The notes under the pieces are model-generated. The model was not told where the DNA came from and made no database searches. It was given only the letters and a program-made list of their open reading frames with translations. From IMG/VR virus record IMGVR_UViG_3300027986_000317, positions 1 to 52,221 of that record: a stretch of 52,221 nt of DNA. One strand, 5' to 3'. Made by a program: the position numbers and the translations under genes. Positions 8,230 to 20,300 of the stretch are shown piece after piece. Every line of letters begins with the position of its first letter. Positions within the stretch are counted from its first letter, which is position 1. Source of the DNA: a virus. Taxonomy: Duplodnaviria > Caudoviricetes.

Positions 8230-10017
8230 CTACACCTTTCCCCGCCGCCGCAGAATGGCTCCCCTTCTCCCCATCACCAGCGGCTTTTCTTTCTCCTCGA
8301 GCTCCGCCATCTTCTCCCCGATCCAAATCATGCGGCTGGTAGCGTCCTCTTTCGGAATGTGCGCCAACATCTCCTGCACCCGCTGTTCTCTCGTCTTCAT
8401 CGTCGGCTCTGGCAATGAAAGCACGATGTATTTCAGCGGGTCGCGCAGGTGATTGTCTTTGTCAACGATCTTTTCTGTTGGATTCTTCGTAAGTAACTGC
8501 TTCTCACTCAATTCCGCGCGCCGGGCCCTGCGCAGCTCCCAGAGAAGATTCGGGCAGCCATTGTTATGCAGCCCATACACCGGCCGCACTATATCTTTGA
8601 GCGCCCGCGGGCAAACGATCCTGATCATCGGCTCGAAGTTATCCAGGTCAAACCAGTGCGCTAGGATGCGCTCCATGCCCGTGATTTCCGTATTGTCAGG
8701 AGCGGACTGCAGGTTCGTAATTCCAGCTTCAGCGTACAACTCTGCCAGCGCCCTAAATGAACCGTCTTCTTGCTGCTGCGTTTTATAGAACATGCTCGGA
8801 TCCGCCATCACATCCGCCTGCTCAAATCCTTCCAACAGCTTCAGGTTCAGAGCATGTTGCCGCGCACTTAAGCCAGGCATGTAATACTCTCCCGTTAACC
8901 ACAACCCTCCTTCATGGTCCACAGCGCCAACCAAGCCTCCTGACGGGTTTGTGCTGCCATGATCGTAACCGCCAACCTTCCGCCATGTCGGAGGAACCTC
9001 GAACCCGCTCTCCGCCTCTACGATGATCTTGTCCCCATACTTGGTGAGAACCTCGGCAAATAGGCGCTCACCGCCGCCAGCTTCGTGAATGATCTCCTGC
9101 TCCCGGTCCCACTCCTGCTGGCTCTTGTATTTCGCCCTCTCGATCACCTTCCACGTCTTGAGCTTCCCGTCCCTTGGATCCACAAACAGCTTGCCAATCG
9201 CCGGATCCCTGTCCGGATCGGCCCAGTAGTAGATCCTCAGCACCAACGTGCCATCAGCCATCCGCCGCGTGTCCACGCCACGGCAGAGCTGCTTATGATC
9301 GTCCTCTGCGGACTGCACCACGTCGGCAAACCACCCAGGACCGGCAGAGCTGAGAACGATGATCTTTTTGCAAGCAGAAATTGCGGCCGCGTAGGACCCA
9401 CCGGCGTCTTCAACAAATGCTGCCTCATCCAGCAGAATCGCCCAGGGGTGATAAGACCGGACCTTGTCTTCACCGTGCGGGATGCCGATGATCCGGCTGC
9501 CATTGGCGAAATTGAGTTCCAGCCATCCCTGCTGCGAACTCGGCTTAACCAGCGGATATGCTGCCTTGATATCCGCGTCCTGCTGGTCATAGAGCGTCTT
9601 GGCGTAGTCAACCAGCTCCGCCGCTTTATCCTCAGTCTGCGATTGAAACAGGACCTCGATACCGGGCGTCGTCATGCACGCGTGCATGAGATAGCCCACG
9701 CACAGCCAGCTCATCATCAGGTCGCGTGACTTCTCAATGAAGATGACCGGCTCTCGCTGGATCTCCTTCAGCGCATAAGGGAAATATGGTTTATCGGGGA
9801 ACGGACGGTGCTCGCTTGTCTCTCCGTCCGCCTTCCAGTGGGGATCCTTGGTCTTGGTGTACTTCTGTAGCCAGATGAGAGGGACCTCAATCCGGCTTTT
9901 CACCTTGGCCCGCTGGAGTTGTACCTTTATCTCGTCTTTAGAGTGCTGGTCACGCAGAACCGCGAGAGCGACTCGCTCGGTACGTGACAAGTTCCTCTTC
10001 AGTCGGAATGTGGCCAT
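8230..10017 (-). CDS. terL: Terminase large subunit
   Basis: Walker A-like EKSRDLMMSW, Walker B ILLDEAAF, coupling motif LSS, nuclease GYDHG and KDNHLRDPLKY. Start uncertain (ATG 10017 or TTG 10029). Confidence 0.9.
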   Translation of the reverse strand: MATFRLKRNLSRTERVALAVLRDQHSKDEIKVQLQRAKVKSRIEVPLIWLQKYTKTKDPHWKADGETSEHRPFPDKPYFPYALKEIQREPVIFIEKSRDLMMSWLCVGYLMHACMTTPGIEVLFQSQTEDKAAELVDYAKTLYDQQDADIKAAYPLVKPSSQQGWLELNFANGSRIIGIPHGEDKVRSYHPWAILLDEAAFVEDAGGSYAAAISACKKIIVLSSAGPGWFADVVQSAEDDHKQLCRGVDTRRMADGTLVLRIYYWADPDRDPAIGKLFVDPRDGKLKTWKVIERAKYKSQQEWDREQEIIHEAGGGERLFAEVLTKYGDKIIVEAESGFEVPPTWRKVGGYDHGSTNPSGGLVGAVDHEGGLWLTGEYYMPGLSARQHALNLKLLEGFEQADVMADPSMFYKTQQQEDGSFRALAELYAEAGITNLQSAPDNTEITGMERILAHWFDLDNFEPMIRIVCPRALKDIVRPVYGLHNNGCPNLLWELRRARRAELSEKQLLTKNPTEKIVDKDNHLRDPLKYIVLSLPEPTMKTREQRVQEMLAHIPKEDATSRMIWIGEKMAELEEKEKPLVMGRRGAILRRRGKV

Positions 10018-10579
10018 AGATAATTGCAAATTCCTGCTGCTCTTTCGTCGTGCCGCGCAGCAGTTCGTTCAGATCTAGCGTCTGGTCCACCAATAATCCC
10101 TTGATTCGTGCGAGAGCTTCCCATGCCTTAACCTGGCCGTTGATGTTGCCTTTCGTCACCATCGCCGGCAGCCGCGCGAGCTGCCGCAGTCCGGAAACAA
10201 TCTCTTCGTCTGGTATGTCCTGGACGGCATCGCCCAGGCGCTCCGCGCTCTGGGCGAGAATGTAGGCTTGTTTTGCCTGGATAGCTTTGGCTACAACTGG
10301 ATTGGCAAGGAGTTTTGAAGCAGCCTGCTCAGGGTGAGCGTAATTGGCGCGCCGGGCGGCGTCCGTGGCGTTCCCACGCCAACACTCAACAAACTTTAAC
10401 TGCATCTCGGTAAGAAGCTCGCTGTCACCCAGATCACTAGGCAGCATGATCTCTGCCTTGGGCGCAGTTGCTGCACCTGCAGCTTCCTGCTTCTTCCTGC
10501 CGGCAGATGGCTGTGGTGTGTCCTTCTTAACCCTCTTCCGTGACGGACCTTTCCCCTTACCATCTTTTCGCTTTGCCAT
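9950..10579 (-). CDS. terS: Terminase small subunit
   Basis: LTEMQLKFVECWRGNATDAARRANY...AASKLLANPVV HTH signature and KAWEALARIKG; directly upstream of terL. Confidence 0.88.
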   Translation of the reverse strand: MAKRKDGKGKGPSRKRVKKDTPQPSAGRKKQEAAGAATAPKAEIMLPSDLGDSELLTEMQLKFVECWRGNATDAARRANYAHPEQAASKLLANPVVAKAIQAKQAYILAQSAERLGDAVQDIPDEEIVSGLRQLARLPAMVTKGNINGQVKAWEALARIKGLLVDQTLDLNELLRGTTKEQQEFAIIYGHIPTEEELVTYRASRSRGSA

Positions 10580-10636
10580 ACTGCCTTATCGCCAGCCACT
10601 GCGCACTACGAACTGCTGAACTACCGTGTAATATGG

Positions 10637-10951
10637 GTGAAACCAATGACCATCACCAACACAGCAACTCGCCTGCAGCTGATCTTCATAGCTCAGGCGG
10701 CAGTCCTGATTACCCTTGGTCTCTACCTCGCCCGCGCATTCTCGACGGTGGCTGATCAACACACAGCGCTACTACTCCACGCCATCAATACTCCTGGCGC
10801 CGGCGCTGCCTGTCTCTATGTGCTGATGCAGCTGGCGGTGCCACTCATAAAAGCTGGTGCATTTGCCGCCGCCGCTCTCTGGTGGCTCTCCCGTCAACGC
10901 TCACTGCTCAAAACAACCCCATCTGCTCTGCCTGGTCCATCGGCGGAATAG
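10637..10951 (+). CDS. Small membrane protein (moron-like, opposite to the late operon)
   Basis: Two to three hydrophobic segments; TAATAT just upstream; fills the gap between minus-strand genes. Confidence 0.55.
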   Translation: MKPMTITNTATRLQLIFIAQAAVLITLGLYLARAFSTVADQHTALLLHAINTPGAGAACLYVLMQLAVPLIKAGAFAAAALWWLSRQRSLLKTTPSALPGPSAE

Positions 10952-11327
10952 GCTCGCGCTCCACGTCATCCACAAACTCCCGTGGTGGTTTCACCTTCCG
11001 CACGTGAGTAGGAAAACGCAGCCCATAATCAATGCTCGGCGGAGGTAGATCGAAATCGTCTCGCCGCCCGCGATAGCCTTTCTTGTAGGGCGCCACCCTT
11101 GCGAAGAACTCAATTTCATCGCCCGGTTCCAGCTTCAGCTCATCCAACCGCTTCCCTACGCGAAACCACAGGTGGTCTGCCACCACAGTCCCAACCTCGT
11201 CGCGTATGTTCTGAAAGAGAGCGGTCCTAATCGGATAGCCCTTAAAGCCCTTCTTCTCGCCAAAGCGCCCAAAGGTTGCGAGAAATCGCCCGCGCCGGCC
11301 GTTGCGCTCCCTAAGAATCTCCCGCAT
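10908..11327 (-). CDS. Phage hypothetical protein, possible OB-fold
   Basis: TGATG coupling to the giant gene; DHLWF...PGDEIEFFARVAPYKKGY beta-rich basic pattern. Confidence 0.7.
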   Translation of the reverse strand: MREILRERNGRRGRFLATFGRFGEKKGFKGYPIRTALFQNIRDEVGTVVADHLWFRVGKRLDELKLEPGDEIEFFARVAPYKKGYRGRRDDFDLPPPSIDYGLRFPTHVRKVKPPREFVDDVEREPIPPMDQAEQMGLF

Positions 11328-14300
11328 CAGTAACTCGTCCTTCGAGATCCAAACTGTTTCTTGAGCAAGATCCTGCTGATCATCATCTGCTCTTCCTCTG
11401 TGTCCGCAGCATCCAGCACTGCCTGGACTTCCTCCAGGCTGAACCGCTCCATGCCGGCTTCAAACTCATCCTTCATTGACTCGCGGATCATCCGGCCCAT
11501 CTCCTGCGGCGAATAATCTCCGGAGGCCTGCCGCGCCTGCCGCTGCTCAATCCTCTCCTGCTCTTCGTCAATCGGCTGGCCATAGTGCGAGCGCTGGATC
11601 TCCAACATCTTTCGCTCTGCTGCCGACATAGCCGCTTGTTTACCCACGCGTGAGAGCCCCAGTTCGCCCAAGGCCGCACGGCCTGCTGGCTCACCTTGTT
11701 TTCGCGCCTCAAGAAATTTACCAACGCCGATTGGCGTACCTACTCCATGCACAGCCTTATCGAACATCTGCTCCCAATACGGGTCACCCGGATGGGATAT
11801 CAAATGCCCCTGAAAGTCCCGGTTATGAATCGTCTCGCCAATCGCCGTCCACGGATCAGCCAACTTGCTGTACGCATAGTTGATCGGGCTCTCGCGCAAC
11901 TGGAATAGATCCTTGAATGGCACCAGCGGCAGCACCCACCGGTTCGAACGGCCGTGCGAGTCGTCGGTCCCATCCCGGGGCGCAATCACATCCTTCCAGT
12001 CCTTCGGAAATTCATGAGTAAAGTAGAGCTGCAGGAGGGTATGCAGAACCGCCCCAATCAACGCCATGCCAAGAATACGCGCCATCATTGGATCCAGCCG
12101 TGGAATTGCCGTCGTACCAGGCTTCGCTGTATCGCTGCCCGTGGCCGCGTCTTTCAGGAATTTGGCGCTCTCCATGAACTCACGCGCCTGTCCCCCAATG
12201 GCCGATCCGGTGAACCGCATGTTGCCCTCAGTCCAGGCCAGGGCACGGAAGATCAGCTGCAGGGACGTTTTGAAAGTCGAATTCCAAAAGCGGTTTGACC
12301 AGTTAATCTCTCCAAAGCGATTGTCTATTTGCGTCCACACCTGCCGTGCCAAGTTCTCTCGCGTGAGCTTGCCGCTGGCCATCTCCTCAAAGCGATCGGC
12401 AAACCTCTCCCCGAGTTCCCGGAAGAACAGGCCAGCCTTAAGCCGTGGAATGTACATCTCGAACAACGGGTATTGCAGAAGCTGGTTTGCCGCGAACGGT
12501 GTCCGCAACAGCGCCCCAATGTAGTTGTGATTCGCCGCCGCCTGCATCAGACTCTCAACCGCGTGCGTGCGGTAGCCCTCGTCCATCGTCAGACGGCCGC
12601 CGCCAGTGAACAGATCGTGAATCATCTCCTGCGCTTCTGGATATTGCTTAATAAAATCCCGTCCGCGGGTGGTACGCAGGAAGCTGATTGGATCATCAAT
12701 GTAGCGAACGATGCTGCCACCTTCGCGTGATAGGGTGAAAGGTGCTGCCCCGCTCTTGCTGGCAGTGATAGCGCCATCAATGATGGCTTTACCAATATCC
12801 GAGGCGCTGGCCGCTTTCCCCTTCGGAGTTATCCAGCGGTCCAGCACATGCCGTACTCCCTGGTTCCAACCGTGTTCAAACCCTCTGCCGGCTTCCGATC
12901 CCGCCGCCAGGATGCTCTCCGTAATCAGGTGGAATGGTGAGAAGCCCAGCCGCCAGGCCGTGTGCTGGTTCTTCACCCACATAATGCCGCGTCCCACCTT
13001 CGACTGCTTGAACCAGTCGTAACTCAGGAAGTTGGTGAGGATGCGATGTGCGTTCTCTTCCACCCAATACTCACCGACTTTGACCAGGCCCTCTCCGGAC
13101 TGGGCCGGGAACAACACGCGAAACATCGGATCGTCCATCTGCTGATAGCCCATGGTCCGCGCCGTCGCCCAATCCCCTTCCTTGAAATACTGCGCGGTGT
13201 GGTAGATCTTCCCCTTAGCGCCAATCGTGTAAGGCTCATTCAGCCATTCATCAAACATCTGCCGCGCTGTCACAAAGCGCAGGCCCTCCACAATGCGCGC
13301 CCTGAAATGATCCACAGGGTTCGTGCTGATGAGCTTTCCGCCCGCCTGCAGACCTTCGCTCACATCTTTAAGCGTCTGCTGTTTCATGAAGGACTTAGGC
13401 CCTTCCAGCGGACGCCCGCGCAGTCCTGATTTTGCTTGCGTCTTTACCTTGCCACTGCCCGGCACTACCTCCCAGCGCGTTGGGAAATAATTCTCCTTGT
13501 CGCTTAGTGTGGGGCGATACTGCCGCTCCAATGTCCGTAGCGGCTCCAAACTCTTGCGCAAGAAGTCCAGGGCGTCATCCAGCTTCACCGTGCGTTGCAG
13601 TTGCCCTGTACGAGCGCGGTCCATGAAATCAATCTTGTCTGCATCCGGCATGCGGTCAAACATCTTCTGCAAGCCACGTACAGCTCGCTCCCAGCGGAAT
13701 GCCTCTTCTTCCCGCTTGCCTTTCATCCGCATGGCCGCGTCCAGGTCCTGCGACCTCACCAAAGTTCTGGGCGCCAGGATGGCCGCACCCTTTAGAGCGA
13801 TCTCGCGCAGGCCTCCAGCAACCTCCTTTGCCACCGGCGCCACGTCCTGCGTGTAGAAGTTCTGGATGCTCTTGATCGGAATCGGCAACGCCATCCGCAA
13901 GGTGCCGGGCTCAAATCCGGTGGTGTCAGGAGGCTCCTTCTTTGTTCCGGTATTTAACTTGTCGTAGTGCTCCTGTAATCGTTGACTGTACGAACCAATG
14001 GTCTCTCCAGGCGTGCGCGATGGCTCTGCTGCCATCCGCGCCTCAATGGTGTCTTCATCCGGTTTGGCCTCAGACGCAGAAAAGCCGCCCGATTCTGGGC
14101 GGCTTGTAGGAGCAAGATTTTGTGGCGGGCTCCCAGGTGGTGACGGACTCGCCGTTGTTGTCCCTTGTTTCAACTGCTGATCTATCTGTCCGATCTTCTC
14201 CTTGATGTCCTGGCGGAAATTGAAACTCTGGTTCAGTTCCCGGAGCTGTGGCGGCGTCGTATGATTCCGTACCCTCTCTCCCGGAATCGGCTTTCCATTC

Positions 14301-17300
14301 TTGTCGACGGCGATCACATCCACACTCCACCGGTTGTTAGGATAGACCGCGCTGGTCGCAGGATGAAACTCTACCACCTGGTCGCGGCCACCACCGTAAC
14401 TCGGCACAAACATGCCGGGCTTGTAGTACTGCGCAATCTCCTTGTCCGTGGGAGGAGCTTTGAGTTTCCGTTGGAGTACCAGCCGTTGCTTCTCCAAACT
14501 CTGCTTGAGCGTGTCGGCAATATCGACGCTGGGCCTGACCGCAGCTCCCATCTTCAGAGCTTCCGTTCCCTCTGGCGTCCTGGCAAACCGTCCACCGTCT
14601 GCCTCTGGATCCTCAATCCGATTCAACCACCCGCGCTTCACTAAACGGGCTATGGTGCTATTGGCCTCGTCCTCATGCAATCCATTCTCGACAAGATGAG
14701 TTAGAAGAGTAATTCCATCCGTCCCTCGGCCTGCAGGCGTTCTCTGCAAAACAGCGCGCTCATGCTCTGTAATTGCGTCTGTGGTCCTACGTGTCTTTTG
14801 TGGCTCAGGTTGTGACGGTTCCCCTGTTTTCTGAGGTTCGGGTGCTTCCACCTTGGCCGGGAACTCCTTCAGCACCCTCCTAATCGCCACATGTCCTTTG
14901 TCACCTTCCGGCAAGTAGTACACCGGCTGCATGCCCCGCTCGTAGATAACGCCCAGGTCCTTCAGGCGCGTGCCAACATTCGCGTTTGGCGGGATAAGCT
15001 GTACCACCTGATTGCGCGACACTCGCCCGCGCCTCACCTGGATTCCACCCTCCAGTTCGTAGCGCGTTCCGTTGTGTAACACGTCCGTCATGAGCTGGCG
15101 AGCATTGACCGTGCTTTGGTTGCCACTGATGCGCGAGAGGAGCTTTTCGATCTCATTGCCCGGAACTTCTACTCCCACCACGCGCCGGCCGCTGTCTGAA
15201 TCCACAGCCGTATAAATGTTCAGGAATTGCCCGGTAGCTTCCCGGATCGGATTCCACCACCGCAGCACCGCACCGCCGATGAGATGATGTTCGACTGTCC
15301 TATGGTCTGGGGCCTGGTCATACTGCTCCTGCCACTGCTGCCGCGCTGCCGCCAGCGGCTCCTTAAGTGCGCTATGTGCATCAGCCAGCGCCTTTTGTTT
15401 CTCGGCCAGTTCCCTCTCTGCGGATCCAACCCGCTCCTGTGCCCATCGGTCGCTGGAATACTTCGCTACCGCCTGCTGTGCATACTTCAAATCGCGCTCT
15501 GCAGCATGGACGGCGATCTCAAGTTCTTCCTTCTGCGCCTTGGCCCATTCGCTGATCTCCTGATACCCGTACAGCTTGGCATTTGGGAATTTCTTCGGCT
15601 TGCCATCAGCGGGAGTCACCACATAAGAAGCCTTCTCGCTCCTGCCATCGGCATGAACGATGTCCTTGGCGTCCATCAAAAGCGCCAGCTTTCCATCCTT
15701 GCCTCGAACAACACGCGCATTTCGTGGAGCGTATTCAATCAGAGATTTTTCCAATTCCTTTGGCGAGACTCGATCCGTCTTTTCGTGCGCCTCGATTGGG
15801 TAGTAAAACGTCTGCGCCTTGGTTTGTGGATCCGTCCCGATCACCCGTTGCTCATTGACCTTGAACCGATCGCCCGGCATCGTCTTCACGCCGGTATCGA
15901 GCTTCCCATCCTCAACGGCCTGCTTAACCGTTGCCTCAAAAATGTCGTAGTAGTAGTCATACACGGCATTCTGAACATCAGGATCCAGCGCGAGGAGTCG
16001 ATTCAGCAGCCGCGTGACGTTGGTACGGTCCTTCGGAGGCACTGTCATGCCGCCCGTATCTGATGGCTTCAACACACCCAGATCCGTGAGCACTTGCATG
16101 CCTTTCAGCTTCGTTCCTGGCACCGGACCATTTTTCAACAGCTGTGTATAGAAAGAGTTGGCCGCTTGCCGTCCCTGGTCCGTCTCGAAGTTGACCTTGT
16201 CCATCATTTCCGTGCCGGCGTTCGTCTTGGTCTGCCCCTTGCCCAGAGCTTCGAGCGATCCCAGCCGCCGCGCGATTGTGGAAACGAAGCGATTTTCTCC
16301 CCCAAGGTTTGATTTCATCAGCGCGTACTCGGGAGGTACTTTTTGGTTAGAGCGGTTCGTTCGGCCCAGCATCTGCATGCTTCGGTCTGCGCTCCATCCC
16401 ACCTGCAGCGTGATATGGAAACGCCGCTGTTGATTGTCCACATCGTGGCCCGCGTGCAGAGAGATACCTGTACCACCAGCCGAGGAGAGGATTGCTACCC
16501 GTTTCTTACCGCCCTGGAAGGCCCGCTCCTCACTCTTGTTAATATCGTCTCGCTTCACTCCCGCGCCGCCGCGTGAAACAAATTTACCGCTGGCCTCGTC
16601 GTAACGCTCTTTGCGGCCGGTGATCTCTGCTACCTTGTTCGGTCCTCCTAACTGCTCAATCAGAATGTCCAGCGGATTCGCTGGCATCTTCAAGTTCTGT
16701 TGCAGCTCCTTCACCAGTGCATCGCGCTCCTTCACCGCAGTCGGATTAATCAGCGGGATCTCTCTTCCCTCTTCGTCCGTTATGAACGCTGGAACCTTAA
16801 TCGAATTGCCGGCGCTGTCTACATCGTCCTTCCACTGTTGCGTCGGATAGTGCTCGCGGACCAGGTCCACCAACATCTCTCCCGGTCCAAAGTCGTAATC
16901 CGGAATTTCGTCGGAGTCATCGGCATCGCGGTACTTGTTCTTTTCCCGGTTCTGCGCGGCCTCGTTCGTATTCACCAGCGAGATAACCACGCTCTTGCCA
17001 TTGGCCAATGCCTGATTGGACTGCTCCACCGCGGTGGGAATCTTGAGTGTGGTGAGAAGCACGTTAAAGAAACGCTGCTGGGAGGCATAGAACAGTGACA
17101 TAAAACGGCTCTTAGCTCTGGCCCCGCCGTTCGTCGTGTTCATGATCGAATCTTCCACGCGCTGAGAGACCAGCCGCCACGCCTTCACCGCCGAGCGATA
17201 AAGTTCCTTCTGCTCCGGAGTGATTTCGTGCTGGATCTCGCTGTACTCGACGCCCTTGTAGCTGAGCGTCCGTGACACATACTTGCCCTGGGCCTTCAAC

Positions 17301-20300
17301 TCTCTCGCCACCATCTCCATGGCGCTCATGCCGCCTGCACCAATTTGCGCGGCAAAGTCATTAAACCCATTCGGGAATGCTGTCCCAGGCCCCCACAGCC
17401 CCAGCCGGTCCAGGTATCCCAGATTAACTACGTCTGTCGCCGCCGTAGCAGACAGCGACACAGACCGCAGCTTTGGTACCTCCTGCATAAACGCCTTCAC
17501 GATCTGCCCGATCTGAGAAGGCTCTCCGCCAGCTCCGGCCACCGCGTTCTTCAACATGTGGGATTCGTCAAAGACAACATATCCCCCCTCACCCTCATCG
17601 TTGCCCACCAGCCAGCGCTTAAGCTGCGCAATGCGCGTGTTGCCTCTTTTGTCTTCTGAGCGCATGAGCGGATAGCTCGTAAACAGCACTCCCTGATGCT
17701 CAATAGGTGCAGTTGCCGCCAACTTGCCTAACGGCTTGATATTGCGCGCCAGCTCCACCGCCCCGATGCCATTCAGGTCGCGCATGGCATCCTGCATCAG
17801 GTCCCAGTTCACGCTTACCCACACCAAGCGCCGGCGCCCTTTGCGCCAGTTGTCCCACAAGATTGCAGCCGCTTCGCGGCCCTTGCCCACTCCCGTTCCA
17901 TCGCCAATTAGCGCGCTCCCGCGAAAGCCACCCGGGAGAATGATTTCATTCTGCTGGCCAGCAATACTCACTGCTTCCAGTTGCACCGCAGAGAGCTTTC
18001 CCTCTTTGATCACTGAATCGGGTAGCGCTGGCCGGTAGCTGATTTCCGGCAGGGGAACTGTCGCCATTGTCTTGGTCTCGACAATAGCTCCAGGATGGTC
18101 AGGCCCCTTTAGCGAGGGTTTGTAAGCTACATAAGCTGAGGTGTCTTCTTCTTCACGGTGGGATTCAGACTCACGCCGTTCGAGAGCTAATTCGCTCTGG
18201 GCCTCTGCCGCAGGTTGGCCGAATTGAATCTGTCGTTCTGTACGTCCATCTTGATTAGGGCCTCCAGTGCCTGGAGTGGCTCCGCCTTCAGGACGTCCTT
18301 CAAATTGAAATCCGGATTGCTGTAGTGGAACTCGTTCACTGCTCGGATTGGACTGATCTCTTCCAAGTTCTCTTCCAGGTCGCTCAGGTCCACCGGCAGG
18401 CTGTACTTCTCCACCAGTTTCTGGCTCTCGTTTGGATAAACCTCGATCGCCTGCTCCACCAACGCCTTGATTTGCTCCCAGGCCAGCTGCGGACTCACTT
18501 TGCCCAAGGCTGATTCCGCCCCGGCGTCCAGCAAGTTGTGGTCTCGTTTCTGCGACATTGCTGAGCGCATTATACGCCTCCTCCAGGGTGTCATACTCAC
18601 CCTGCTTTACTGTCGCCCAGGTCCTCTCCTGCCCCGCCGTCGTCTGTGACGGTGTTGGACCGTCCTTGTCGATTACGATGATTCGCGTCGCAAAGTTGGT
18701 GCCGTACTTCTGGTATTCCTTCCCCGCAATACGCACGTTCGCGCGGATGTTGTATTTCTGGCCCAGCTTCGCAAACCATCTCGCTGCCGCAGGGTTTTGG
18801 AAGGTCGCTCCCTCATTGGGAAAACCGTTGCGGCCACCGCCGAGAATCGTCACCAGCCGCCCACCATCGGCCAAACGTTGGAGAGCAGATTCCACGTGGT
18901 TGAATCCGTAAAGGTTCCGATTCGGCGCGTCGTGAGCTTTCATCGTGCTGGCCGAAAACGGCGGATTCATCACGATCACTGTTGGCTTCACATCTCCGCC
19001 CAGGAGTGCATTGATCAACTCGCCATCGTGCGAGGTCACATGATCAAAGCCGATCATCTTCAACATCGCCTGCCGGCGCGGAGAGATTTCATTCACGTAT
19101 GTCTCAGCGCCAATCGCTTTGGCCCATATCGCCAGGCCCCCGTTGCCTGCCGATGGCTCAAGTACCAGATCTTGCGGCGTCAACCCGGCCACTCTCGCTA
19201 CCACATACGCCTCAGTCGGAGGAGTAGAAAACTGTTGGTTCTTAACCTGCTCATCCGTGCGGACGCTCTGCGATGGCAACCGCTCCATGATGTTGCGGAG
19301 AGTCGCCAGGGCGCCGGGTACGTCCATCTCCATCAGCTCCTTGCCGCGCTCCAACAAGAACTTGTTAACACCGCCCTCCATAGCGTCAAATGCGTCCTTG
19401 GGTGTCCACTCTCCGGAGACACGCGAGGATCCAAAAGCCTCCTCTGCCATCCGATTTAGATCGGTTACATTCCCGATAGGCCGATGCTGTTTCAGAGCTT
19501 CATAAACAGAATTGGCTAGTCTCTCTGCACCTGTTCTGGAAGAAGTGAGATCATCGGCGCTTTCCTTCTCTGCCGCAAAAAGATGCTCGTCTTGTGCTTC
19601 CTGCATCCGCTTGGCTTTTTCTAAAGCCTCTCCCGCACTCTTATGCCCCATGCTCAACATGCGGCCGGTGGCTTTCTCTTGCACTCCAAAGCTGCTCTTG
19701 TTGGCACCTTGCGGAATGATCCTAAAAAGTTTCGTTTCCACTAATCCCTGTTCTGGTCCCGAAACGGGTCTTTGTTCTTGTACACGTGCCGCCCCGGCAG
19801 GCTCAGGCTCAGGAGCGTGCTTCCCTGCGGTATCGAGTCCAGCATCTCCGGTTTTGTCCCGCTCTCCGGTCCGGAGTCCGGCTTCTTTTCTCGACTGCTT
19901 GTCTCGGTCGGCAGCGCTCTCTGCGCTGGCTTCGTCTTTTCCAACTCCATAAGAGAGTCCTGTACCTTTCTTCTCCCCGGTCTTTCCATTGGGGAGCTTT
20001 ATCGTAAAAACTGCTTCGGCCAAACGGTCATTGATGCGCTTGGCCACACGCCCTACCCGCTCAGGTTCGGTCGAAAGAAACAGAAATTCATCGCCGCTTC
20101 TATGGTACGGACGGATGCTGCCGCCTGGCTCACGCGCAATCGCATCGCGAATTAAATCACCCACTGCCGGCAGCACTACTGTGTCAACTCCATAGTGGCC
20201 CAAGGCAGTGTTGAACTGTTTGAAATCGTCCAGATCGGCGTAGCCCACATGCTGGTGAGTCTGCGCCAACTCTTCCCGATCCTCCTGAAACGCCCGATAA

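Noticed and set aside
9950-10029. Programmed frameshift fusing TerS and TerL
   Set aside because: The overlap is real, but I see no slippery heptamer; simple overlapping starts explain it.
19741-19989. Second nested ORF (82 aa) at the end of the GGDEF domain
   Set aside because: No clear RBS and low-complexity S/P/K sequence; much weaker than the 18187-18570 case, though not excluded.
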